Below, in pieces: positions 21,935 through 31,690 of a stretch of DNA of 64,000 nucleotides (position 1 is its first letter; every line of letters starts with the position of its first letter). Both the position numbers and the translations under genes were made by a program. The notes under the pieces were generated by a model. That model was given only the letters and a program-made list of their open reading frames with translations. It was not told where the DNA came from and searched no databases. The stretch comes from an uncultured Chloroflexia bacterium (GTDB taxonomy: Bacteria; Chloroflexota; Limnocylindria; Limnocylindrales; CSP1-4): NCBI GenBank assembly GCA_963707215.1, contig CAVPPB010000001.1:384001-448000 (forward strand), read 5' to 3'.

Positions 21935-22852
21935 ATGAAGCTCGGACTCCAGATCAGCTCGTTCGCCTGGCCCGGGGGGCCGGAGGCGATCGGCCCGACG
22001 CTCGGCCGCATCGTGCGGACGGCCGACGACGCCGGCTTCGATTCGATCTGGGTGATGGACCACTTCTTCCAGATCCGCGGCGTCGGCCCGGCGACCGACC
22101 CGATGCTCGAGGGCTGGACGACCCTCGGCTTCCTGGCAGCCCACTCCCGCCGGGCCCGGCTGGGACTGATGGTGGGCGGCGTCCATTACCGCCACCCCGG
22201 GCTCTGGGTCAAGGCCGCCACGACACTCGACGTCCTGTCGGGCGGACGGGCCTGGTTCGGGATCGGGGCGGCCTGGAACCAGGAGGAGTCCGACGCCCTC
22301 GGGTTCCCGTTCCCGCCGCTCGGGGAGCGGTTCGAGATGCTCGAGGAGACGCTCCGCATCGCTCACGGCATGTGGAGCGGCGAGATCGGCTCCCAGCACG
22401 CCTTCGAGGGTCGTCACTACCGCGCCACGAGGCTGCTCAACTCCCCCCAGTCGCTCAGTCGGCCCCGGGTCCCGATCCTCGTCGGCGGCGGCGGCGAGCG
22501 GCGGACGCTCCGCCTCGTCGCGGAATACGCCGATGGCGCCAACGTCTTCGGCGGCCCGGAGGCGATCGCCCACAAGTTCGCGGTCCTTCGCGAGCACTGC
22601 GACGCGCTGGGCCGGCCCTACGACGAGATCGAGCGGACGACCCTCCAGAGCGTCCACGTAACCGAGCACGGCACCGAGGGCTCTTCGACACCGGTCCAGC
22701 TCGTGGACCGGTTCGGCGACCTTGCCGACGCCGGTGCCCAGCACGTCATCTTCAGCGTCCGGGACGTCTGGCAGACCGACAAGCTCGAGTTGATCGGACG
22801 GGACGTGCTGCCGGCCGTCCGCGACCTCCAGGAGTCGGAGCGAGCGACCTGA
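21935..22852 (+). CDS. LLM-class F420-dependent oxidoreductase
   Basis: GFDSIWVMDHFFQI, MLEGWTTLGFLAA, TTLDVLSGGRA, PILVGGGGERRTLRLVA. Confidence 0.92.
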   Translation: MKLGLQISSFAWPGGPEAIGPTLGRIVRTADDAGFDSIWVMDHFFQIRGVGPATDPMLEGWTTLGFLAAHSRRARLGLMVGGVHYRHPGLWVKAATTLDVLSGGRAWFGIGAAWNQEESDALGFPFPPLGERFEMLEETLRIAHGMWSGEIGSQHAFEGRHYRATRLLNSPQSLSRPRVPILVGGGGERRTLRLVAEYADGANVFGGPEAIAHKFAVLREHCDALGRPYDEIERTTLQSVHVTEHGTEGSSTPVQLVDRFGDLADAGAQHVIFSVRDVWQTDKLELIGRDVLPAVRDLQESERAT

Positions 22853-22855
22853 TCT

Positions 22856-22872
22856 ATACTCCCTAGGAGTAT
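22856..22872. promoter_or_regulatory. CsoR/RcnR-family-like operator upstream of trxB
   Basis: Perfect dyad ATACTCC-CTA-GGAGTAT, followed by -10-like TAGGAT at 22882. Confidence 0.6.
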
Positions 22873-22928
22873 CACAACGCGTAGGATGCGCGGACGGCGT
22901 CGCAGGTGACGTCGCTCGAGGGACACCG

Positions 22929-24056
22929 ATGCCTGACCAACCAGACCAGCAGACCCGGAACCCCGCCCCGTTCGGCGGCCTCTCCATCGACTTCGGCGCC
23001 GAGGAGGGAGCCCAGGACGGCGGCATCGCCCTGTCGGCCCCGCCGATCGCCATCGAGACGCCGCAGCCGGGACATCCCGGGGCCGTCGGGATCGGCGGCG
23101 ACGGACCCCATGAGACACGGGTCCTCATCGTCGGGTCCGGCCCGGCCGGCCTGACCGCCGCGATCTACGCCGCCCGGGCAGACCTGGAGCCGATCGTCCT
23201 CGCCGGCACGACGCCCGGTGGCCAGCTGACGATCACCTCCGAGGTCGAGAACTACCCGGGCTTCCCGGAGGGCATCCAGGGCCCCGACCTCATGGTCGCC
23301 ATGCGGGCCCAGGCCGAGCGCTTCGGGACTCGCCTCATCGATGTCGACGTGGACCGGGTCGACCTGTCCGGGCCGCCGTTCCGCCTCTGGGCCCGCGGCG
23401 TCGAGTACCGGGCCCAGGCGCTCATCGTGGCGACCGGCGCATCCGCGATCTGGCTCGGGCTCGAGTCCGAGGAACGCCTTCGGGGACGCGGGGTCTCCGC
23501 CTGTGCCACCTGCGATGGCTTCTTCTTCCGCGACCGTGAGATCGCCGTCGTCGGCGGTGGCGACAGCGCCCTGGAAGAGGCGACCTTCCTGACCAAGTTC
23601 GCCAGCAAGGTCCACATGCTCGTGCGCCGGGACGTCTTCCGGGGCAGCCGGATCATGCAGCAGCGGGCCCTCGATCACCCGAAGATCGAGGTCCACTTCA
23701 ACACCGCCGTCGACGAGGTGCTCGGTGACGACCACGTGACCGGCCTCCGGCTGCGCGACACGGTCAGCGGGGAGGCCCGCGAGGTCCCGATGGAGGGGCT
23801 CTTCGTGGCCATCGGCCACAAGCCGAACACCGAGGTCTTCCGGGACTGGCTCGAGGTGGACGAGAAGGGCTACCTCGTCGTCACCGACCACACCGGGACG
23901 AGGATCGAGGGCGTCTTCGTGGCCGGCGACGTCCACGACCATCGCTATCGCCAGGCGGTGACCGCCGCCGGCGACGGAGCCAAGGCCGCCATCGACGCCG
24001 AGCGCTGGCTCGAGGCCCAGGGCCTCGTCGAGGCCAGGACCGCGACCGCCTGGTGA
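22929..24056 (+). CDS. trxB: Thioredoxin-disulfide reductase with N-terminal extension
   Basis: GSGPAG, VENYPGF, GVSACATCDG, GGGDSALEE, AIGHKPN, GDVHDHRYRQA. Confidence 0.96.
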   Translation: MPDQPDQQTRNPAPFGGLSIDFGAEEGAQDGGIALSAPPIAIETPQPGHPGAVGIGGDGPHETRVLIVGSGPAGLTAAIYAARADLEPIVLAGTTPGGQLTITSEVENYPGFPEGIQGPDLMVAMRAQAERFGTRLIDVDVDRVDLSGPPFRLWARGVEYRAQALIVATGASAIWLGLESEERLRGRGVSACATCDGFFFRDREIAVVGGGDSALEEATFLTKFASKVHMLVRRDVFRGSRIMQQRALDHPKIEVHFNTAVDEVLGDDHVTGLRLRDTVSGEAREVPMEGLFVAIGHKPNTEVFRDWLEVDEKGYLVVTDHTGTRIEGVFVAGDVHDHRYRQAVTAAGDGAKAAIDAERWLEAQGLVEARTATAW

Positions 24057-24105
24057 GCCGGAGCGGCGTCCCGGCCGGGGCGTCCCCTTCCCGGTCTGTC
24101 TCGTC

Positions 24106-24741
24106 GTGAACCACGCGGCGGCGACCGAGCCGACGACGGCGACCCTGGTCCGCGCGGCCCTCGATGAGGCCGTCGCCCGGGCGGAGGCGAGCGGCCGTCC
24201 GGTCGTCGCGCTCGACGCCGGCTGCGGGCGGGTCTCGGCACTGAAGCCGTACCGACCCCGGATCGCCCGTCTCGTCGGAGTCGACATCCACGAGCCGGCG
24301 CCGGGAGCGCTCCCCCACCTCGACGAGTTCGCCCTCGTGGACGTCTGCCGCGACGTCCCAGCCTTCGAGCCGGGGACCTTCGACGTGGCCCTCTCCAGCT
24401 TCACGGTCGAGCATTTCGCCGACCCGTCCGCCGCGTTCGTCAACCTGCGGCGCTGGCTGGTCCCCGGTGGTCGGCTCGTCCTCACGACCGTCAACCGCCG
24501 CCACCCGTTCGTGGCCGCCTACCTGGGGATGCCGACGCTCCTGCGGGATCGCCTGCAGCCGCTGGTCAAGGCGTCACAGGCGGACGCTCACCCGCTCGTC
24601 GGTGCGTGTAACACCCCGGACGACCTCCGCGCGGCCCTGGAGCGCGCCGGTTACCTCGACGTCCGAGTCTGGACCGTCGGCCACCTCGAGACGGCCTGGG
24701 GACGACGCCGGTGGGACCCGGGCGCTGGGACGCCTCGGTGA
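24106..24741 (+). CDS. Class I SAM-dependent methyltransferase (3' end possibly frameshifted)
   Basis: LDAGCG motif I, GVDI, FDV, VEH, LVPGG. Confidence 0.8.
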   Translation: MNHAAATEPTTATLVRAALDEAVARAEASGRPVVALDAGCGRVSALKPYRPRIARLVGVDIHEPAPGALPHLDEFALVDVCRDVPAFEPGTFDVALSSFTVEHFADPSAAFVNLRRWLVPGGRLVLTTVNRRHPFVAAYLGMPTLLRDRLQPLVKASQADAHPLVGACNTPDDLRAALERAGYLDVRVWTVGHLETAWGRRRWDPGAGTPR

Positions 24742-24827
24742 CGCGCCTGGCCACGGACCTGGGCCGTCGCGCCGCTCGACGAGGTCGCGTCTCGGCAGCA
24801 GCGCCCGACCCCGACGGGGGTGGCGTG

Positions 24828-27052
24828 ATGTCCGGCGGGCGTGGGTACGGTGGCGGTGGCCTGTTCGGCGGGCCGTCGCGGGACTTCGAACCGGTGCCGA
24901 GGGAACGCCGCGGAACGACGATCCGGCGGATCGTCGCGTTCTTCCGGCCGTATCGCTTGCAGGTCACCTCGTGGTCGTCGCGATCACAGCGACGAGCCTG
25001 CTCGGGCTCGTCAACCCGCTACCTGCTCAAGGCTCTGATCGACAATGCCATCTCGAAGCAGCGACTTCTTCCGGCTGAACCTCTACGTGGGGCTGATGAT
25101 CGTCGTGCCGATCGTGTCCGGGCTGATCGGGATCGCCCAGAGCACTTGGCAGAGCAACGTCATCGGGCAGAGCGTGATGCAGGACCTGCGCAACGCGCTC
25201 TACGTCCATCTCCAGCGGATGCCGCTGCGCTTCTTCACCGAGACGCGGACCGGCGAGATCCAGAGCCGCCTGTCCAACGACGTCGGCGGCGTCCAGGCGG
25301 TCGTCACCGACACCGCAGCTCGATCGCCAGCAACCTGGCCGTCGCGATCGAGCACGATCCTGGCGATGTTCATCATCGACTGGCGCCTTTCCCTGCTCTC
25401 GCTCGGCATGCTGCCGTTCTTCATGTTCCTGACCCGGCGGGTCGGCACGCTCGACGAGAGGTCACCGGCGAGACCCAGCGATCGCTGGCGGCGCTGACCG
25501 CGACGACCGAGGAGACGCTCTCCGTCTCCGGGATGCTGCTGACCAAGACGTTCGGAGCAGCAGGCCCAGGCCACGACCGGTTCGCGCGGCCTCAACCGCG
25601 AGGTGGCCCGGCTCCAGCTCCGCCAGGCGATGGTCGGGCGCTGGTTCTTCATGATCGTGGGCACGATCTTCAGCATCACCCCGGCCCTGGTGTACTGGCT
25701 GGCCGGCGTGCTGGTGATCTAACGGCGACACCACGGCTCCCACGATCGGCGACATCGTCGCGTTCACGACGCTCCAGAGCCGGCTGTTCTTCCCGATCGG
25801 CCAGTTGCTCAACGTCCAGGTCGAGATCCAGGGCGCCCTGGCGCTCTTCGATCGGATCTTCGAGTACCTGGACATGGACCCTCGAGATCACCGACGCACC
25901 GGATGCGATCGCCCTCGATCCGGGCCGGGTCGAGGGCAGGATCCGCTTCCACCGGGTCTCGTTCCGCTACCCCTCCGCGCCCGTCCCGTCGAGCCGGGCC
26001 CACACCGAGGCAGCGACCCAGGCCGGCCGCGCCCATGCTGACGCCGTATCGACGTCGGCGCGCGACGAACCATCGCCCGGATCGTCGGCCGATGATGGAG
26101 GATCGCGATCCCGCGGGCCCGCCGAGATCAAGGACATCGAGCTGGTGCTGGACGGAGCCGACGCCCGTCCAGCAGCCGACGACTTCATGGTCGGCGCGGA
26201 GCTCGAGGGCCTCGATGAGGACGATGCCGATGGCCGCGCGGATGGCGGTCCCGGCTCCGTCGCGGGCCGGAATGGTGTGTCGGCCCCGCCCCCGTTCACG
26301 CTGGAGGAGCTCGACTTCGAGGCCGAGCCGGGCGAGCTCGTCGCGCTGGTCGGACCGTCGGGCTCGGGCAAGACCACGACGACGTACCTCATCCCGCGGC
26401 TCTACGACGTGGACGGCGGTGCGGTCGAGATCGACGGACTCGACGTCCGCAGGGATCCGGCTGGAGTCCCTGGGCCGGGCGATCGGTTTCGTCACCCAGG
26501 AGACCTACCTCTTCCATGCCAGCATCCGCGACAACCTGCGCTACGCACGGCCCGATGCCACCCCCGAGGCAGCTGGTGACCGCGACCACGGCAGCGGCCA
26601 TCCACGACCGCATCCTGGAGCTGCCCGACGGCTACGACACGATGGTCGGCGAGCGTGGCTACAAGCTCTCCGGCGGCGAGAAGCAACGGATCGCCATCGC
26701 CCGGGTCCTGCTCAAGGATCCCCGCATCCTGATCCTGGACGAGGCGACCTCGGCACTCGACACCGTGAGTGAGCGGCTCATCCAGGCAGCCCTCGAGCGC
26801 CTCATGGAGGGCCGAACGACGATCGCCATCGCCCACCGCCTCTCGACGATCCTCCGGGCCGACCGGATCCTCGTCTACCGGCGGGGTCGGATCGTCGAGC
26901 GAGGCACTCATCCCGAGCTCCTGGCCCGAGGCGGGCTCTACGCAGAGCTGTACCGGGAGCAGTTCCTCGCCGAGGCCGAGGCGAGCGCGGACGGATCCGG
27001 GGAGACGGCCGGCTCGATGGCCGCCGACGGGCCAGGCCACACTGGCCCCTGA
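24828..27052 (+). CDS. ABC exporter (fused TMD + NBD, MsbA/MdlB-like); multiple frameshifts
   Basis: [83 protein letters not shown]. Confidence 0.9.
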
Positions 27053-27224
27053 TCCCGGAGGCGGACCGGTCCCCGGGTCACGGACCCGCCGGTGTCGGGC
27101 GATGCGACATCCGCCCGTCCGGGCGACAATGGGGAGGTCCAGGCGAGACTCGTCGCCGTGGCCTGCGGCCGCGGTCGCGAGGAGCCGCTCGAACCACGCT
27201 TGCGTCCGAGGAGTCCGGAACCAC

Positions 27225-27710
27225 ATGCCCGTCGTGAAGACCGCCGAGCTGACCTTCCAGGGAGGGATGCGCTTCGAGGCCGAGCTCGGCTCGGGCGCCC
27301 GCATCACCTATGACGAGTCGTCGAATGGTGGCCCCGGCCCCATCGAGGTCGTCCTCTCGACGCTGGCCGCCTGCTCGGCGATGGACGTCGTCTCGATCGC
27401 CCTCAAGAAGCGCCAGGAGCTCAGCGCCTACCGCATCCACGTCCAGGGCGACCAGCGCGACGAGTACCCCAAGATCTACACGAGCATCGACGTCGTCCAC
27501 GAGGTCGAGGGCCCGACCGTCGACACCGCAGCGATCGTCCGCTGCATCGAGCTCTCGGCCGAGAAGTACTGTCCGGTGAACGCGATGCTGTCGGCCGGCG
27601 ACACCGAGATCCACCACCGCTATCGGATCGTCCGCCCCGATGGCACCGTCGAGGAGGGCGAGGTCATGACCACCGGCCCGGACCGACGCACGGCGGTCCT
27701 CACCAGCTGA
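27225..27710 (+). CDS. OsmC/YhfA family protein
   Basis: GPIEVVL..LAACSAMDV, ELSAEKYCPV (two conserved Cys). Confidence 0.9.
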   Translation: MPVVKTAELTFQGGMRFEAELGSGARITYDESSNGGPGPIEVVLSTLAACSAMDVVSIALKKRQELSAYRIHVQGDQRDEYPKIYTSIDVVHEVEGPTVDTAAIVRCIELSAEKYCPVNAMLSAGDTEIHHRYRIVRPDGTVEEGEVMTTGPDRRTAVLTS

Positions 27711-27775
27711 CCTCGGACGGCCGGGGGCCACGACCTTGGGCCGAGCGCCACTGAGCGCCACCCGACCACGCAGGG

Positions 27776-27810
27776 TTGCATGACTATGCATCTGACCGTA
27801 TAGTCATGCG
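27776..27810 (+). promoter_or_regulatory. arg operon promoter with tandem ARG boxes (ArgR operator)
   Basis: TGCATGACTATGCA (27777-27790) and CGTATAGTCATGCG (27797-27810) overlap TTGCAT-N17-TATAGT; argR lies in the operon. Confidence 0.85.
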
Positions 27811-27882
27811 TGTCATGACGGCGGCCACCCCGATCCCCGCACCCGTCGCCCGGCGGCCCCCCGCGAGGGGCCCCGTGCGCCC

Positions 27883-28995
27883 GTGAGCGCAAGCCCGGCG
27901 CCGGGATCGAGGATCGAGGCGGGCCGCCGGCAGGACCCCGTCCCCATCGCCGTCGTCGGGGCGACCGGCTACGTCGGCGCGGAGCTCATCCGCCTGCTCG
28001 CCCGCCATCCCGGTGTCCGGATCGTGGGGCTCGTGGGCCGGGGTCGTGACGACGAGCCCATCGGCCGGACCCACGCCCATCTCGCCTCGACGGGCCTCTC
28101 GGTCGACGATTCGGTCCCCGACGAAGCGGAGGCGGTCTTCCTCGCCCTCCCCCATGGCGTCGCTGCCGACCTGGTCCCCGGGTTCCGGGAGCGTGGGCTG
28201 GCGACCATCGATTTGGGCCCGGACTTCCGCCTGCGGTCCCCCTCCGACTATCCGCGCTGGTATGGCTTCGAGCACCCCCGGCCTGACCTCCTGGAGCACG
28301 CTGTCTACGGGTTGCCGGAGCTCCACCGCGAGGACCTGGTCGTCGCAGCCGCGGACGGTGGCCCGATCGTCGGCGCACCGGGCTGCTACCCGACGGCCAC
28401 CCTGTTGGCCCTCGCGCCACTCGCGCGCGCCGGGCTCATCGGGGACCTCGTCGTCGACGCCAAGAGCGGTGTCTCCGGGGCCGGCCGCGAGCCGAAGGCC
28501 GAGCTCCACTACGGCGAGGTCAACGAGAGCGTCCGTGCGTATGGTGTCGGCGGCCACCGGCACACGGCCGAGCTCGAGCAGGAGCTCGCACGGTTGGGCG
28601 AGGTCGGCGTCGGCTCCGCCGAGGCCAACCCGGGGGCGGCCGGAGTGGACTTCCTGCCGCACCTCGTGCCGATGACCCGGGGCATCCTGGCGGCCTGCCA
28701 CGTCCGGCCCACCCGAGCCGTCGGCCAGTCCGAGCTCGACCGGCTGTACGCCGCGACCTACGACGGCGAGCCGTTCGTCGACGTCGTGGCGGAGCCGCCG
28801 GCGACGAAGCAGGTCCTCGGTAGCAACCATGCCCGGGTGTTCGTTCGGGCGGACGAGCGGACCGGCCGGGTCCTCGCCATCGGCGTCATCGACAACCTCG
28901 TCAAGGGAGCGGCCGGCCAGGCCATCCAGGCCTTCAACGTCGTGATGGGGCTGCCCGAGGCGACCGGCCTCGAGCAGCTCCCGCTGGCGCCCTAG
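27883..28995 (+). CDS. argC: N-acetyl-gamma-glutamyl-phosphate reductase
   Basis: GATGYVG, LALPHG, YGLPE, PGCYPT, DAKSGVSGAG, HRH, DNLVKGAAGQA. Confidence 0.96.
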   Translation: MSASPAPGSRIEAGRRQDPVPIAVVGATGYVGAELIRLLARHPGVRIVGLVGRGRDDEPIGRTHAHLASTGLSVDDSVPDEAEAVFLALPHGVAADLVPGFRERGLATIDLGPDFRLRSPSDYPRWYGFEHPRPDLLEHAVYGLPELHREDLVVAAADGGPIVGAPGCYPTATLLALAPLARAGLIGDLVVDAKSGVSGAGREPKAELHYGEVNESVRAYGVGGHRHTAELEQELARLGEVGVGSAEANPGAAGVDFLPHLVPMTRGILAACHVRPTRAVGQSELDRLYAATYDGEPFVDVVAEPPATKQVLGSNHARVFVRADERTGRVLAIGVIDNLVKGAAGQAIQAFNVVMGLPEATGLEQLPLAP

Positions 28996-29009
28996 GGCCA
29001 TCGGTCCGC

Positions 29010-30341
29010 ATGCCCGGCGTCGAGCGCAGCGCGCGGATCCCGGCCGGCTTCGCCGCGGCGGCCGCCACGGCGGGCATCAAGGCCAGCGGTCGACCGGACC
29101 TGGCGCTCATCGTGGCCACCGGCGGCCCAGTGCCGGCCGCCGCCGTCACCACCCCGAACGCCTTCGTGGCGGCCCCGGTCCGGCTGTCACGGGCCCACCT
29201 CGAGACGACCCTCCCCGCTGGGTCGGGCCGCCACGGGTTCGCCCGGGCGGTCGTGGCGACGTCGGGCTGCGCCAATGCCGCGACGGGCCCGGCCGGCGAC
29301 GATGACCAGCGATCGGTCGCCGAGGCGACCGCGCGGATCCTCGAGGCACCCGTGGAGGAGGTCCTCTGCCTGTCGACCGGGGTCATCGGAACGCGTCTGC
29401 CCGTCCCGGCGGTCCGGCTCGGGGTCTCCGGCCTGCTCCCGTCGCTGGCCGCCACGGACGCAGCCCTCGAGGCTGCCGCGACCGCCCTCATGACGACCGA
29501 CACACGCGTGAAGATGGCCTCGGTCGCCCTGGATCTGCCGGCCCCCGACGGCTCGCCACGATCCGTCCGGGTCAGCGGCATCGCCAAAGGCGTCGGGATG
29601 ATCCACCCACGGATGGCGACGATGCTGGCGGTGATCCTGACCGATGCCGACGTCGCGCCGGAGACGCTCTCGGCGATGCTGCGCGGGGCCGCGTCGCGGA
29701 CCTGGGACCAGCTGAGCGTCGATGGCGACACGAGCACCAACGACACGGTCTTCCTCCTCGCCTCGGGATCGGCCGGCGACGGAGCGGGTCCACCCGGGTG
29801 GACCGCCGGCCGAGAGCTGGCCGCCGCCATCGAGGCTGTGGCCCGGGACCTCGCTCGCCAGCAGGCGGCCGACGGCGAAGGCGCAACCACGCTGATCACG
29901 GCCTGGTGACCGGCGCGACGCGACGACGCCGAGGCCCGAGCCGTCGCTCGGGCCGTCGTCGCCAGCTCGCTCGTCAAGGCCGCCGTCCACGGTCGCGATC
30001 CGAACTGGGGTCGCGTCGCCGCGGCTGCCGGCAACGCACGGCTGGCCGATGCGGCGGTGCTCCGATCGGCCGGGATCGACGCCGACGAGGCCGAGCGTCG
30101 GGCCGGGCGGCCGGCGACGTCGATCCCGACCGGCTGCGCATCCACATCGCCGGTCGCCCGGTCTACGACGGCGTGCGCCGGCGGTCCCCTGCCCTTCGAT
30201 CGGGACGCTGCTCGAGCGGCGATGGAGGCCGACGAGGTCGTCTTCGAGCTCGATCTCGGCCTCGGGGATGGGACGGGCGAGGCGTTCGGCTGCGACCTGA
30301 CCGAGACCTACGTCATCGAGAACTCGGAGTACACGACGTGA
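29010..30341 (+). CDS. argJ: Ornithine acetyltransferase; frameshifted near 29900-30180
   Basis: STGVIG, MTTDT, KGVGMIHPRMATML, VDGDTSTNDT, DGEGAT, DPNWGR (other frame), GCDLTETYVIENSEYTT. Confidence 0.92.
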
Positions 30342-30366
30342 GCCGGGACCGATCAGGGAGCCGGCG

Positions 30367-31153
30367 ATGAGCGACATCCTCGTCGTCAAGCTCGGCGGCA
30401 CGACGATCGCCGACCAGCGCCAGGTCCTCGCCGAGATCGCGTCCGTCGCCCGCCGCCGACCGGTCGTCGTCGTCCACGGCGGCGGCAAGCGGATGACCGA
30501 GTGGCTCGAGCGGCTTGGGCGTGGAGACCCGCTTCCACGAGGGTCTCCGGGTGACCGACGCGGCCTCGCTCGAGGTCGCCGCCGCCGTCCTCCGGGGCGT
30601 GGTGAACAGCGAGCTGGTGGCCGCCCTGCGCGATCTGGGTGTCGACGCGGTCGGCCTCTCGGGCGTCGACGGCGGGATGCTCATCGCCGAACGGGTCGCC
30701 GACATCGGCCTGGTGGCCCACGTCGTGGGCCTCCGGCGCGATCTCCTCGACGCCCTCCTCGTGACCGGCCAGGTCGCCGTGGTGGCCCCCTTGGCCCGCG
30801 ACGAGGACGGCATCGTGTGCAACGTCAACGCCGACGACGCAGCCTCCGGGATCGCCGCCGGCCTGGGGGCCCGCCAGGTCGTCCTGATGACCGACGTCGA
30901 CGGGGTCCGCGGGGCCGGCGGCCAGCGCATCCACAGCCTTACGGCCGACGAGGCGGAAGCGCTCATCGCCGACGGCACGATCGCCGGCGGGATGGTCCCC
31001 AAGGTGCGGTCCGCGCTCTCGGCACTCGCCTACCCTGGGGCTGAGGCCATCATCTGCGACGCGGCAGCGCCGGGCGCTCTCGAGCGGGCGCTTGCCGACC
31101 CGACCTTCGGCACGCGGATCGCACTGGACCGACGGCCCGGAGAGGACGCATGA
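30367..31153 (+). CDS. argB: Acetylglutamate kinase; frameshift in a G-run near 30517
   Basis: VVKLGG, VVHGGG, GLRVTD, GLSGVDG, NVNADDAA, MTDVDGV, GGMVPKV. Confidence 0.92.
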
Positions 31154-31690
31154 CGGCTGCCGACAAGCCGGCCAGGCAACGGACCATCCGCGACCTCATC
31201 GCCCGACGCCCGATCGGCAGCCAGGCGGCCCTGGCGGACGCGCTCGCCGAGCGCGGCTTCGCCGCCACCCAGGCCACGGTCAGCCGCGACATCGCCGAGC
31301 TCGGACTGGTCAAGGTGCCCCGTACGGCCGGACCGGTCTACGTGGCTCCCGAGGACCTCGCTGCCACCCGCTCGGAGCGCCTCGGACGAGCGCCTCCGAC
31401 GGATCCTTTCCGACGTCCCGGTGACGGTCGGACGGAGCGGCCTGATCCTCGTCCTGACCGGCTCGGCAGGGACCGCGAGCGTCGTCGCCCAGGCGATCGA
31501 CGAGTCGACCCTGACCGACCAGGTCGGCACGCTGGCCGGCGACAACACCGTCCTCGTCCTCTTCGCGGACGAGGCCCACCTCGAGCGCTGGCTCGAGCAC
31601 TTCGAGACCCTGCGGGACGGCCTCGAGGCCGTCCCGACCCCCGCCCCCGTCGGTGACGAGGGCCGCACCATGGAGGCACCCCGATCATGA
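31150..31690 (+). CDS. argR: Arginine repressor; frameshift near 31375
   Basis: RQRTIRDLI, SQAAL, TQATVSRDIAELGLVK, GTLAGDNTVLV. Confidence 0.92.
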
